A DNA stretch of 64,000 bases from Thalia democratica (taxonomy: Eukaryota), in the NCBI GenBank assembly GCA_965202585.1, contig OZ241832.1:33542001-33606000 (forward strand), written 5' to 3'. Numbering within the stretch: position 1 is the first letter of the stretch; every line of letters begins with the position of its first letter. The notes beneath the pieces were generated by a model that worked only from the letters and a program-made list of their open reading frames with translations, did not search any database and was not told the origin of the DNA. Below are positions 50,267-62,679 of this stretch, in pieces. Both the position numbers and the translations under genes were made by a program.

Positions 50267-53200
50267 GATTGTATTTTAAAACCTAAGTTTTGATATACTT
50301 TGTTATTAAACAGCAGTTGTACATATATTTTCTTTTTTTTAATTACTATTACTCTTTTCAAACTCACAACTTTTTAAGTGAGAAGTACTCTGTTAGTACT
50401 AATTTTTTAATTTTTTAAAAGGTTTGTTTTGAACAATTTAAAAATTTAAAATTTTTAAACGCAAAAATTATTTTAAACAATTTTATTTTATTGTATTACG
50501 TTCAAAGTTTTGTTTAGGATAAGTTACATTTTTAATAATTCACCAGGTTTAGTTTGTAGAAACATCCTCTCGTTTTGGAAACTTCAGTTTGACACTAACG
50601 TTATTAATTATATTATAGTTTTCTTAAATTATACAAAATTTCCGAGTAAAGCTTTTTACAACATGTAACTTTAAATCTATTAGACAAAGATATTTTACGA
50701 CGCCTATAACTAAACAAAAACAGCTTGAAATTTGCATTTTGCCACTTATATCTACTTTGAACGTTTTTTTTTGTTCTACCTCAATTATAACTGTTTGGAT
50801 ATTAACTATAGTAAAATAATGTTTAGTTTCTGTTACAAATATTTCTATGTAATTTTGATTACTAAGAAAAAATAGACAATGAAAAGTTTTATAAAGTTTA
50901 TTTTTTTATTTTGGCATGAACTAACTAAAACTTAATGATTTTTAAAACTTTGAATAACTTATCTATTCTGATTTTAAGAAATTTTTCTTTTCAATTAATA
51001 CAAACTTATCTAAATTTTTTAATTATCTTTCAAACTGTCTGTTTTTACATTTTATAATCTAACTTTACCTGCAAACTTCAACAAATATGTTATTATTGTT
51101 TGTTAACGTAAACTTGCATAAATGTTAATAAAACTTCAATAAATTTACGTTTTACACAACCTTATGCATTCTTCCCTTACTCACAAAATATCATTTTTAA
51201 AATGACTTTTTTAAATGTTTTAAAGAAACAACTTAGATCATCCTATACTTTTTTTTATACGATGACTAATTTGTAAATATGTTGCAGCAAGTTTTACTCG
51301 TAGCGTCAACACATACTAAACTAAACACCCCCGGGGAAAAATGACAAAATTTCACGAGAAAAACTTTAGAAAGCGCTACTAAGTTAATGTTAGGATAATA
51401 TAAAACGTCAGTAAAATGACACTTTCGTAATTTATTTATTCTTAAAACTTTTATGACTGTCAAAACTGTTTGAATAAACTTAACTTCTACTTTCAGATAA
51501 AATACCATAAATCTTATCTATAGTTGTTTATAAAGGTAAAATAGTGTGCTACTTAAAAGGTAGTAATATATGTTGTTTTGATATATCTTGACTTGAACAA
51601 TAAACTATTCATAACTTCAAAAACTCAAAATACAAAAAATTCCATAAATCTTAAACTTAAGCTTTCTTACTTTTGTGAAAAAGTATCTTGATAAAACCTT
51701 GACAGAACTAAAGTACTAAAGTCTTAATACTTTGGAAGTATGTATTTGCTTTAACTTTTTTAAATCATGTTTACAAGTTTTAAGTGTAGACTTTTACGAT
51801 GTATTAAACAGTACTATATCAAAAGTGGTTTGCGAAAAAATACAACTACAAATTTTAATACAAATCTTAATCACGTTATAACGAAATTGTGTGTTTATTT
51901 TTTTATCTCTATTATTTTTTTTAACACTGTTTTATGTGGCTAAAACTAGTTTTAAGTTTAAAAATTACATTTATAATTTTACAAACTGCTAAAATATCTG
52001 GTAAAAGCTGTTTTAATCTGTATCAGAGCTAAGTTGAAATTTATCCTAAGTTAATTATTAAATAAATAGAGACTTATAAACGGTATACTGTGTATATGAA
52101 AAAATATTTTTAAACAGAGTTAAAACAACATAAAAAGATTAAGTAAAACTTGTATACCATTGGGTTTTGTCTTAATATTATTAAGGCTGTTTTAATGCTT
52201 TGTTTTCACAACATCCATCTTTAACTTTTTTGAACGTACTAAAATGAAAACAAGGTTGTAGTTGTAAACAATTTATTTAGTTTTAATTTAATTTTACAGT
52301 ATATATTTTACTACGTAACTGTAGTTGTTACTGTTCAAACGAAACGTTATTTGTGGTTAGCATTAAAGATATTGATGTTTTTCCAACTAAAAAAAATGTT
52401 TGTAATTACCCAAGATGTAAAGTTCTCATGATGAAAAAAAATAATTACACTTAAATCTTGATTGATGATTTTATCGTTCGATAAACAAGTTTAATCATTT
52501 TTATAGATATAAAAAAAAAATCTTAATTTTCTAGTAAAGTTATTTGATATAAATGAGTTGAATGAATTCTTCATCTTTTTTAGTTCTGTTTTTAAGACTT
52601 TTTTTGTGTGTCTAAAATATCAAATGTGTTAGTAAAGTTTAAAATTACAAAAAAAGTAAACTAAGAGTGACTTTTTTCAAAGAATTTAAGCTATTTTTTG
52701 TTACATTTAGTCGCTGCGAAAAGTTCAGATAACAAAATGTAACTACCTTTTACAAAATCGATTAAAAGCCGAATCAAGAAAACAAAAAAATAATTTTTCT
52801 TTTTTACCTGAAGCTTGCCACTTTTAAGCGAGTATAATTTACAAAATCATTCGGTTTATTTTTTGCGGCAGCAATCCAGGTGCCAGGTGCAGACTTTTAA
52901 ATTTTCATTAAATTGAAATAAATATACGTTCGTAAAAGTTTTAATATAATGAAAAGTTTAAATACGCAAAAGTTTTTTTTCTTACATTATATTGAAGGTA
53001 TTATTTCAAGTTTATTGACTTTTTTAACTATTGTTAAATTGCATCGCTTTAAAATATTTTAAAACTGTTTTTTTTTCATATAAGGTGTTAGACACTTGTT
53101 TAATTGTAATACAAATATACTAAATTTTACTACAGTAAATGTTTATAATTCAAGTCTGTATTTTCTTTTAAGCTGTTATTTAAAAAAATACTTTTTTTCT

Positions 53201-54734
53201 GCATTTGGTAAAAAAAAACAAGTTCATGTTCTTTCTATCTAAATTTATATAATTTAAGTTTTAACAAAAATGTAATCACTTATAATATACTGAAATAAAA
53301 TTAAAATTAAACAAGAACATATTTCGTTTTTTAGTATAAGTAGAAAGCGATAAATACAAATTAATTTGTCAAACCATATAACCAACAATAACTAACAGTC
53401 TAATATTACAAAAATTAAAAAAAAATGTTTAATTTCTTAAATGTTAATTATAGTTAGGTTAAAAGTAAGTATATAATAAAAAAATTAATTAAAATTTAAT
53501 TTCAACTTTAAACACAGCCTAAAAGTACAAACTTAACTGACAAATGCGAGTTTAGAAAATTCGTGGTATATAGTACATTTTAAACATAAATATTCATAAT
53601 CTAAATCCCTATTTTAAAGTTTTTCAACTCAATTTAGACTTTTTTAAGTTAAAAAATTTCTAGAAAAACTAACCCGCAAACTAAAACAAGGCTGCCGAAC
53701 TCTGCAATAAAACATATAAGAAAATTAATAAACGAAAGTTTCAACTTTACTCTACTTTTTATTAAAAAGTTAAAATACTTAAAATAAGTTTAATCCAATA
53801 GTTTATTTTTTCTTAAGTTCTTATACCAAATGATAAATTTCAGAATCAATAACTTTAACTAACTGTTTGCTGTTTGCATAGAGGTAACTTGGTCGGTCTC
53901 AATTTGTATTAATATTTTAAAATTAAACTACAAATTTCTGTTTTAGAGACTTTATTTAATTTAAAAAACGTTGTATAACTTAGCTAATAGATACACAAAT
54001 CCTAAACTTTTAGTAAACATTAAAAAATAATGATTTAAAATTTATAATTTGCAAAAAATTTAAAGCCTGTTAACAAAAAGTATTATGTTTTTTTGATTAA
54101 ACTAATGTTATATACTACATACTTTACCAAAGAAGTACGAGTAAATATGCAAATTAACTAAAATTATTTCACAAACTTAAAACCATTAAAGTAAATCACA
54201 TAACACAATTTCATCTTTAATTAGTACATACTTTTGTTAATAAAAAAACTTGTGCTAACCCAAGTTAAGTGTTTAAAACTGAGCCCGCATAAAGTGCAAA
54301 CCAAAAGCTATTATTAATTTTGTAAAGAATTTTTAAAAAGCGTACAAAAGTTTGACTAGACATTTTTAATTGATAAATTAGTTTAAACAGAAACTTAGCT
54401 ATTAAGTCTTCTTCATTTTCGATTAAAGTCTACAAGATAAAGCTTAATTGATTGTTACACAAATTCTTATACTAGACTAGTTCTTTGACATATTAAAAGT
54501 TTTATTGATATTTAATTGAATTCTAAGTTTTTGAAAAGCATTTTATACTAGAAACTAAAAAGTTCAAATCAAATGAAATCTAGCTAACATATTTCGGATA
54601 AAGCAGATACATTCTTAACAGGTTTTACAGTAATCTTTAAATAAAACAAACAGACAGAAGTATTTTTATATTTAAATTATTATTTCGATAATTTTAATGT
54701 ATGTAACCATAATGGTTCTAAACCAATGAGTGTA

Positions 54735-54850
54735 CTGTCCTTAACAAGACTTTAAAAGGTACCTTGGTGTGCGACTTGATGACCGAAAGGTTCTTTGTGC
54801 ACCAGTTCCTAGGACCAAATATTTTGAGAGTATTTGTTTTTTTTGTTCAA
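54735..54850 (+). mobile_element. SINE-like repeat copy
   Basis: gtccttaacaagactttaaaaggtaccttggtgtgcgacttgatgaccgaaaggttctttgtgcaccagttcctaggaccaaatattttgagag. Confidence 0.6.
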
Positions 54851-56084
54851 TAAACTATAACTATACGATATTATTTTCTTGTAATTTTTTAAAACTTCTG
54901 TAGTACATCGATAGTTTTGCTTTGCACAAAAACTTAGATATAGTTAAAAATATTCCTGAAACGTGTAAATACTTTTTATTAGTTAAATTATATTAAAACT
55001 TGATAAGAACTAACAAAAACCAGATTTAACAGAACAAACTAAACTAATAAATATAGTGGTAGATACCTCGATGACCAGTAGCTTTCTATGCATCCTTTGA
55101 CCATGTTCTTGAGCGTTGATATCTTATTCATCTTCAATAAACTTGCTAATCAAAAAACTGTTGATTTTTATAGTCTATCATACTATAAGAATTTTAAATT
55201 CTTTAATAATTGATTTGACTACTTGAACGTTTAAGCGTCAGACTTTGTATAACAACTTATGTTTAAACTTTTGGCTCTAATATATCAGTAGTAACCAGAA
55301 ATAAACAAGTATGGAAGTATAAGCCTATTTGTCACTAAATAAAATAATTTACTGTCAATTAACTTTGTGTTATAGTAACCTTGTCAAGTTATACTTGCTA
55401 GTCGAGCGTAGGTTTTCTGCACTTCAAAGTGTAAAGTGTAAGTAAGTTTTTTGGTGTTAGTTAATTACAACTTTCTATATGGTTCAACTTATTTCAATTA
55501 AGTATACATTTGCAATAATTTCTATAGTTTTTAACCTAGATACGAATATGAAGCTATAAACAACTTGAATCCATAAAAAGATGTTTTTGTCAATAGTAGT
55601 TAAAGATTTTTCTAAACATCTTAGTTTAACTAAAGAAGAAGAAATCGATGAAATTTTTGCTATTCTGACCTATAAACATAAATAATTTATATTTAAAACT
55701 ATAACTAACGTTCAAATAAAAATTGTTCTTTAACTCCTTTTATCAGCTTCTTTAATTGTTGTTGTTATTAAACTAAATTTATACGTATATTTTCATCATA
55801 AAATAGAACTTCAAAAAGTTTTAAGTTTAATTAAGCTACAAACAGTTTGTGAATTCACTTGACCTTTACAGCCACAAACATTAACTCACAACAATTGAAG
55901 TCCGGCTACTTCTTATTTAGTAACAAACCATTGCAACTAATTCTAAAAGTTTGTTTCAACTACAATGTTTAAAATGTTGATAAGTTTGGGAGCATTAAAA
56001 CAAAAACAAGGATGAAGTGCAAAAGTGTTATCCGTTTTAGAAACTTTTAGTAATTCTTTATTGAAAGACAAAAAAAGCGCTTAA

Positions 56085-56172
56085 AATATTTGGTCCAAAG
56101 AACTAGTGCACGAAAAACCTTTCAATAATCAAGTCGCACACCAAGATATCTTTTAACGGATTGTCCAGGACA
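56085..56172 (-). mobile_element. SINE-like repeat copy (more diverged)
   Basis: Plus strand tatttggtccaaagaactagtgcacgaaaaacctttcaataatcaagtcgcacaccaag..ttgtccagga is the reverse of the family consensus. Confidence 0.55.
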
Positions 56173-57029
56173 AAGTAATCTTAATACTGACTTTAATTGC
56201 TGGTAATAATTGTTTTTTTAGTTTTTCTTTTTCTACTTTAGTTTGTTTACTTTAAAAAGTAAAAAAATTTATATGTTTATTAATCTTTTGTTTATTTAAA
56301 TATTTTGTTTGATGCACTTAACATTTTTGAGAAAAAACACATTGCAAAAACTGTTCATTCATATACATTTTTTGAGTACCCTACTGAAAATATTAACATA
56401 GATAATTAACAGTTATTTATTATATAAATTTAAATAATGTTGCTTATCGTGTATACAACTGCAAGAAAAGAAACTTAAGAGTTATATGTTATAAAGAGCT
56501 ACAGTAGCTCCTATGATATAGACAATATAAAAAAGTCTCAATATTTAACCCTTTACGTTACTAATTATTTAATAAATTGGAAAATGATACCTTAGAGCTG
56601 CCGAGGCTAGGTTTCTGGTTTAATGTTCAAGTAATAATCAAATATCCAATTTCTATCTACTTCAACAAAAATCTTACAATGGACTTTATTTTGTTGTGGA
56701 TTAGTGGGTAAAATTTTAATAGTATCAAAAATAGTTTTTAACTATATAATTTGTAACTATTGTTATTTACTTAAACTACCTGGAAAATATTCTAACACTA
56801 ACTACAAATAAATCATCGTACTTGTTTAATAACGGGTCAGGTTTACTACAAAAATTATTTCGCGAGCCGCCGATTTTTTTAAAACTTCAAAAAAAATTGA
56901 AGCCTATTATAAATAACAACTACTGTTTTACTTAAGTTATGTTAAGAAGATGTCTGTAAACGTTCATTTAAAAACATAAAATTTGTTGGTTTTGCACTAA
57001 TTACTTAAGAAGCTGAAAGCAGTTTTCTC

Positions 57030-57386
57030 AATTTTTTTTCCAGGTTTTCTAACTTTCTTCCAGGATTTTAAAAGTACATGTTTTTTGGTTTATTTTTAGT
57101 TCCAAGTTAAGTTTAATGTAAGAAACTGTGTTAAATAGTATAAAAATATTGAAAATATACTGAAAGTTACTTTAAATGTGTTTTTTATAGAAAAATTTTT
57201 TGATGACCAAAAAATCTTATTAACATGATAGATTTTTTGTGTCGAACTGAAATTTTACTACTGAAAATGTTAAAAATTCAACGTTTTTGTTCAAAATTCC
57301 AGGTTTTTTTCAAAATTTTTAAAACCTCAGGTTTTTCCAGGTTATTTTTGCCTAAATTGTCAAGTTCCAGGTGAAGTGACAACCCT
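57030..57386. mobile_element. hAT-like MITE family copy (ccaggtttt-rich)
   Basis: Shares taaatgtgttttttat, tttttgcctaaattgtcaa and ccaggtttt repeats with 60702-61103 and 62352-62679; right end gacaaccct. Confidence 0.6.
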
Positions 57387-58817
57387 TTGGAAGCTAAAAT
57401 AAGCTTCGTGGGTTGGATTTGGCCCGCCAGATATAGTTTGCTGGTCCCTACCCTGTGGTTAATGTATTAGGTATTCAGAAACACATTTTCATTGTCTTCA
57501 GGACATTTCTTTCTAGAAACTTCAACACAGCTTTAAGCAATTTACTTACAAACGTAAAATTGCTTTAGTTTATAGTACCCGCAAAAGTGTACGAAACATG
57601 TTAATTCTTTTTTTTTAAGATATTATATTTAATTATTACACTTAATTTTAATAATAACCAATAGTTGTGCTGAAATCTTCTAATAAAAAAAAATAAAATT
57701 TGTTAAACTGAAAGAATTTTTTTTTTAATTTGTTTGTTATATATAACTTTAAATAATTAAAAACATGCCATTGAAACTATGAAGACAATATCTAAAAAAT
57801 AAGAACAATAGTTGAAGTTAAATTTCATGAACTTTTTCATAAACTTAATTTGGTATAACTGTATGTCAAATTATGACAAACTTAGTTATGCACAACTTTT
57901 ATTTTACAAAAATTTTACAATTTAATTTGTAAACTTCAGATTAACAACTTTACTCAACAAATTTGTTAAGTTTAGTTCAATTGTACACTATTGTTTAAAT
58001 TCTATTCAAATATACTAAAAGTTTAGTGTGAACATTATATATTCTCTTTGTATACATATTCTCAAGTATAAATATCCTGAATAAAACATATGTTCAAGAT
58101 AAACTTTATTTTTACATATTTCAGACCTTTTATTTCAATAAAAAGCAATTTGTAAGCGAAAAACAGACACGAAAGCACCAAAACAGCTTATAAAAAGTGT
58201 GTATGAACAAACTACATCAGACACAATTTTAACTTGTTAATAATTGATTGTGAAACGAAGCACCTTCGTATAAAGATGAATAATTGAAAAGATGTTTAGT
58301 AACACGTAGTATGAAGTTCAATTTGAACGCAAGCTTGGAACTTTATCAAAAGAAAAACATAATTTCTAACATGAAAATAAATATAGAATTACTGACAAGC
58401 TGGTTTTATCTTATTTTGTAACATTTTTAAGAGCTTTTTTTTTCGAACATTTTTTTTGTATATAATTGAGGTAAAAGTAACAAAATTGGAAGATGAAAAG
58501 TATAAAAATTAATTTTTAAACACAAATGACTCAAACATGATTAACAAAACGAAACACCAGTAATTTCTGAAAAAAAAAATCTTGTAGTACAAAAGAATTT
58601 TATATAAAATTTTATAAATCAAAGAACTACTTATTTAATATTTTTACCACGTTAATTACCAATACTCTACTAATGTGGATGCACGCTGATAATTTGTTTT
58701 TTACATTTACCTAAACATACTTTGTTGTATTAAAAATATAGCAATAGTGTTTTTAAATAAGACCCATATAAAACTTAAATTTGGCTAGTCTAACGTTCAA
58801 AGATTTTAATAAATGTT

Positions 58818-61705
58818 TCACACCAGTCTCATGTTATTCGGTACGTTTTGATTTTTGGCGAAACCTCCCGACTTCTGCTCGTTGCTTGATGACGTCACAA
58901 CGGAATTAAGAGACGATGACGCGATCAAGTTGTGCATCGACCGTGACGTCATCGAGTACTTTTCGTTTTTCTTTCTTCTCCTGCCTTAAATTTCACAGTA
59001 TTTTTTTTTAATTCTTTACAAGTTAAAATGCAGTATTATAACAACCTACATTTTTCAGTCTAAATATGCACTTTATGCGATATATTACTTAAGTTTGAGA
59101 TTAAGCAAAAAAAAAGCTATATTTAGCAGTTTTGCATTAAGAAGTTTCTGAAGTTATATCATAAAAAGTCACAAGGAAAACAATTACTTATAATCTTCAA
59201 AAATAAAACCAGATATTCCTCAACAAACTTTGTATGGGAGTGATTTTCCTTGAGAAGGAAAACTTGGAGTTGAGCTCGTCTGAGTCGTCGACGTCATCAA
59301 GACTGACATCATTTGGCGTTGACGTCATCTCGTACGTCATGTCGGGAGTTTTTATCAGGTACTTCTTCGATGACGACTCGCACAACTCAGACCTGAGTGT
59401 TTAAACAACGGCTGTGTTTTATTATTTCGAGTTTATTGTTTTACCCTGGACCCAGGCATCGAAACCTGGGCCACTTAAACTGAAAGACATAAAAAAAAAG
59501 AGAAAAAATAAAAAAAGATAAATTAAACAGTTTATTCTGTTTTAATAGAAAACTAAATAAACTTAATTTTTAAATTTTATAGATTAACATAAAACAAAAA
59601 TTTTAACACATAAAACTTTAACTCTATGCTTCAAGCATATTTGGTACCTGACGGTGCAGTAAAGTTTTTCTCCTTCCTCCGCGAGTTCCGACAATTTCCT
59701 GATGGCTTCCGTGTTTCTCTGAAGCCTCGAATACGATTTGACGTCTGACAAAAACATGTTAAATAAAACAGTGGTAAATTGTCTAGAAAGATTATTTCTA
59801 ATAACTGACAAAATATCTATAAAATACTGTAAACTCTAAAAAAGTATCTTTACAAAGAAAACCTTACAACCTCTGTTTGTTTATTACTTTATGAAGAACA
59901 AAAATTACAGTGTCACACTCAATGAAAAACATGAGCTAATATTAACTTGCTTTATTTTTGAGCATAAAAAAAAGAATAATAAAGCTTATAAGTCCTTTTA
60001 TAGCTTACTTTTTAGTTTGTATCTTCTTTAATAAGCAACAATTGGATTTAACTATACAACTTTTCTTGTATATAAAAACTACCTGAATAGCTTGTAATCG
60101 AAAATTTTAAGATATAATTTTTTATTGATATGATTACTAACTACTAGTGCTTAAAAACTTGTAAGTATAAATTTAAACAAAAACTTTCATACCCGATTGA
60201 ACAACTTTATTGACAAAAGTGAGTAGCTTCTCAGTATTTTCACCGTAATTTTCCGAGCAACTGTTGTTTTCACTGCTTATCTTCTCCTGCAAGCACATCC
60301 AATCCGCGTTGCCTTCCCTCAAACTCTCTATCTCCGATTCCAATCCTCTGCAAAATTATTTATATCAGTAAATTGTTTTTTTTTTCATTCTCTAGTTGTT
60401 CTTATTTTATTCACTGAAAGTTTTCCTTGACAAAATTACTTGAAAAGTATAGTTAATCGTAGGACTTTAGTCGTTAAAAAACAATGTTAAAACTAAAAAC
60501 AAAGAGTCAATCATGCTTTAAACAAATCTGCAAAAGTAAAATACTTTTTTCTTATTTATTTATTTTAACACAAAACAAATCTGTATAGTTTGTAGTATAA
60601 TTATTTTTTGATTAAATTTAACGATGTGTTTTTAACTAAAACTAGTGTATAAAACATGTTTTAAATGTATTAAATAAAATTAAGTATGTTTAAACAAAAG
60701 TCAGGGATGCCAAAACTTTTTTGGAAATTTCTTCCAGGTTTTCGGATTTTTTTCCAGATTTTTAGCAAACAGGTTTTTTGGTCATTTTTTAGTAAAAACT
60801 TAACTTAAAGTAAAAAAAAAACTGTCTAAAATATTATAAAAATATTGAAAAAATACAGTAGAGCTAATTTAAATGTGTTTTTTTATGAACATAGTTTTAA
60901 ATAAAACAATTATTTTTTGTCATTAGGATATATTTTTTTTCTAATCGAAATTTCGTTACTTTACATGGAAGAATAGTTTAAAATTCCAGTTTTCCCTAGG
61001 TATTTAAAAAAATTTTGTTCAAAATTTTAGGTTTTACAAGTTTTTTTTGCCTAAATTGTCAAATTCAAGGATTTTCAGGATTCCAGGTTTTTTGGCAACC
61101 CTTTAAAGTATATCAATTACCAACTTTAAGTAAACTTTGAGAAACAAGTTTTAATGATAGTGTTCTAAATAAAAATTTCAATAAGTAAAATAAATTTCTA
61201 TGAGTGTTATTTCAATACAACAATCATCTAAAAATAAGTTAACATATGATTTACAAGCTAGTAATCCTTTAAAAACGTCAAAAAACCTATTAGTGCGTTG
61301 CTATATTTAAAAGTTTAGGAAAAAAATATTTTAAAAACAATATTAAACATTTAGTATACAATTTTAAAAGAATGGACCTGAAAATATTAAAAAAACTTAA
61401 AGTTACGTGTAATGAAGCTATTGTAAAAAATACTTAAGACATCAATTTGTGAATATATTAATACATACATAGAATCGAAACAAACTAAGCTAACACAACC
61501 TGAGAATGAGTCAGAATGTTTTAAATAAAACAAATTAATTAAATTAAACTAACTCTATGATAGATTTATAATCTTGCTTAACTCGATTTTTAACTTCATT
61601 CAGTGAGTCGTCGCTTTGTGAGTTGATGTTGTTGTTTTTAACTTGCAATGTTAGCAACTCATTTTCCTCTTCTAACCTTTTCAGTTTGACCTTTAAATCA
61701 TCCAG
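58818..61705 (-). CDS. 3' exons of a coiled-coil protein of unknown family (5' end not resolved)
   Basis: Phase-consistent exons 61705-61554, 60347-60193, 59744-59648, 59392-59210, 58980-58818; heptad-like LDDLKVKLKRLEEENELL; ends NNMRLV*. Confidence 0.7.
59421..59478 (-). mobile_element. 3'-terminal remnant of the same LINE family as 14250-15728
   Basis: Reverse complement taagtggcccaggtttcgatgcctgggtcc..acaataaact..aataataa matches taagtggcctaggttttgatgcctgggtcc..acaataaact..aataataa at about 15650-15710. Confidence 0.75.
60702..61103. mobile_element. hAT-like MITE, best-preserved copy
   Basis: TIR cagggatgccaaaa ... ttttggcaaccct; no convincing 8-bp TSD left. Confidence 0.7.
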
Positions 61706-62351
61706 CTGTTTTGAAAACATAAAAAACATAAATTAATATAAAATTTAATAAAAGCTTAATTAAAAAAGCAGTTTTACTTTTACAGAAAAAACAAAAAATA
61801 ACTCATGTTTAGTATAGTATATGGTTGTATTAAAGATATGAGTAAATTGTTATCTAAGAAAAGCTTAAACAATATACTTTTATAAATAAAATTATATTGT
61901 ATAGCTTATCACAAAGAGTAATTAAGCTGTTTATGCGAAGAAATATTGTAGTAACAAAACTAAATACTACTGTAAAATAGTATAGATAGAGATCTATCGA
62001 TCTATCAACAAGATTAAACAAAAGTAAGTGAACTTAAGAACATTTGTTTGAAAATAATAAAGTCTTTTATGTTAATATTAAATAAAGGACATAATTATAT
62101 ATTATAAATATAAATAAATAATAACAAGCTTATAAAATAACTCTCAAAATATTTTTTTTAGTTTGATTCTTTTTATTTTTAATTTAATAACTATACAACT
62201 ATAACACAAGCTTATTTGATTAGGATTATTTTAAATTTTATGTCTTGAATTTTTACCTATCAAACTGAAATCTTGGTCTATTCAAAAACTGTCAAGCCTA
62301 TACTATTTATTACGTAAAACTTAAACATTTATCTTACTAAACAACAAAGTG

Positions 62352-62679
62352 CAGGGTTGCCGCTGGTTTTTGGCAAAATTTCTCTATATTTTCAAAACTT
62401 CCTTTAGGTTTTTGAAAGTACTTGTTTTTGGGTCTATTTTTAGTTTAAAATTAAGTATTAAAAAAAATACTGTAAAGCTACCTTAAATCTGTTTTTTATT
62501 TATAAAAAAATTGATAATGACAAAAAATGTTAATCAATAAGATAGATTTTTTGTGTCGTATCTAAAATTCATATCTTAACATGTAAAAAATGTTCCAAGT
62601 TCCAGGTTCTTCCAGGTTTTTTAGCCTCAATTGTCAAATTGCAGGTTTTTTAAGGATTCCAGGTTTAAGGACCACTCTG
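62352..62679. mobile_element. hAT-like MITE copy
   Basis: Left cagggttgcc, decayed right accactctg; internal segments shared with the other two copies. Confidence 0.6.

Noticed and set aside
51266-51508. 80-aa minus-strand ORF upstream of SLC43
   Set aside because: Non-ATG start, no recognisable motif, no supporting splice partners.
54771-54800. ttgatgaccgaaagg as a possible hammerhead or C/D-box motif
   Set aside because: No GAAA after the stem and no box D; other family copies have cgataacc at this position.
55060-55160. Exon-like minus-strand stretch (LASLLKMNKISTLKNMVKGCIESYWSSR, followed by gtatct)
   Set aside because: Could not be linked in phase to any neighbouring exon; may be a TE or gene relic.
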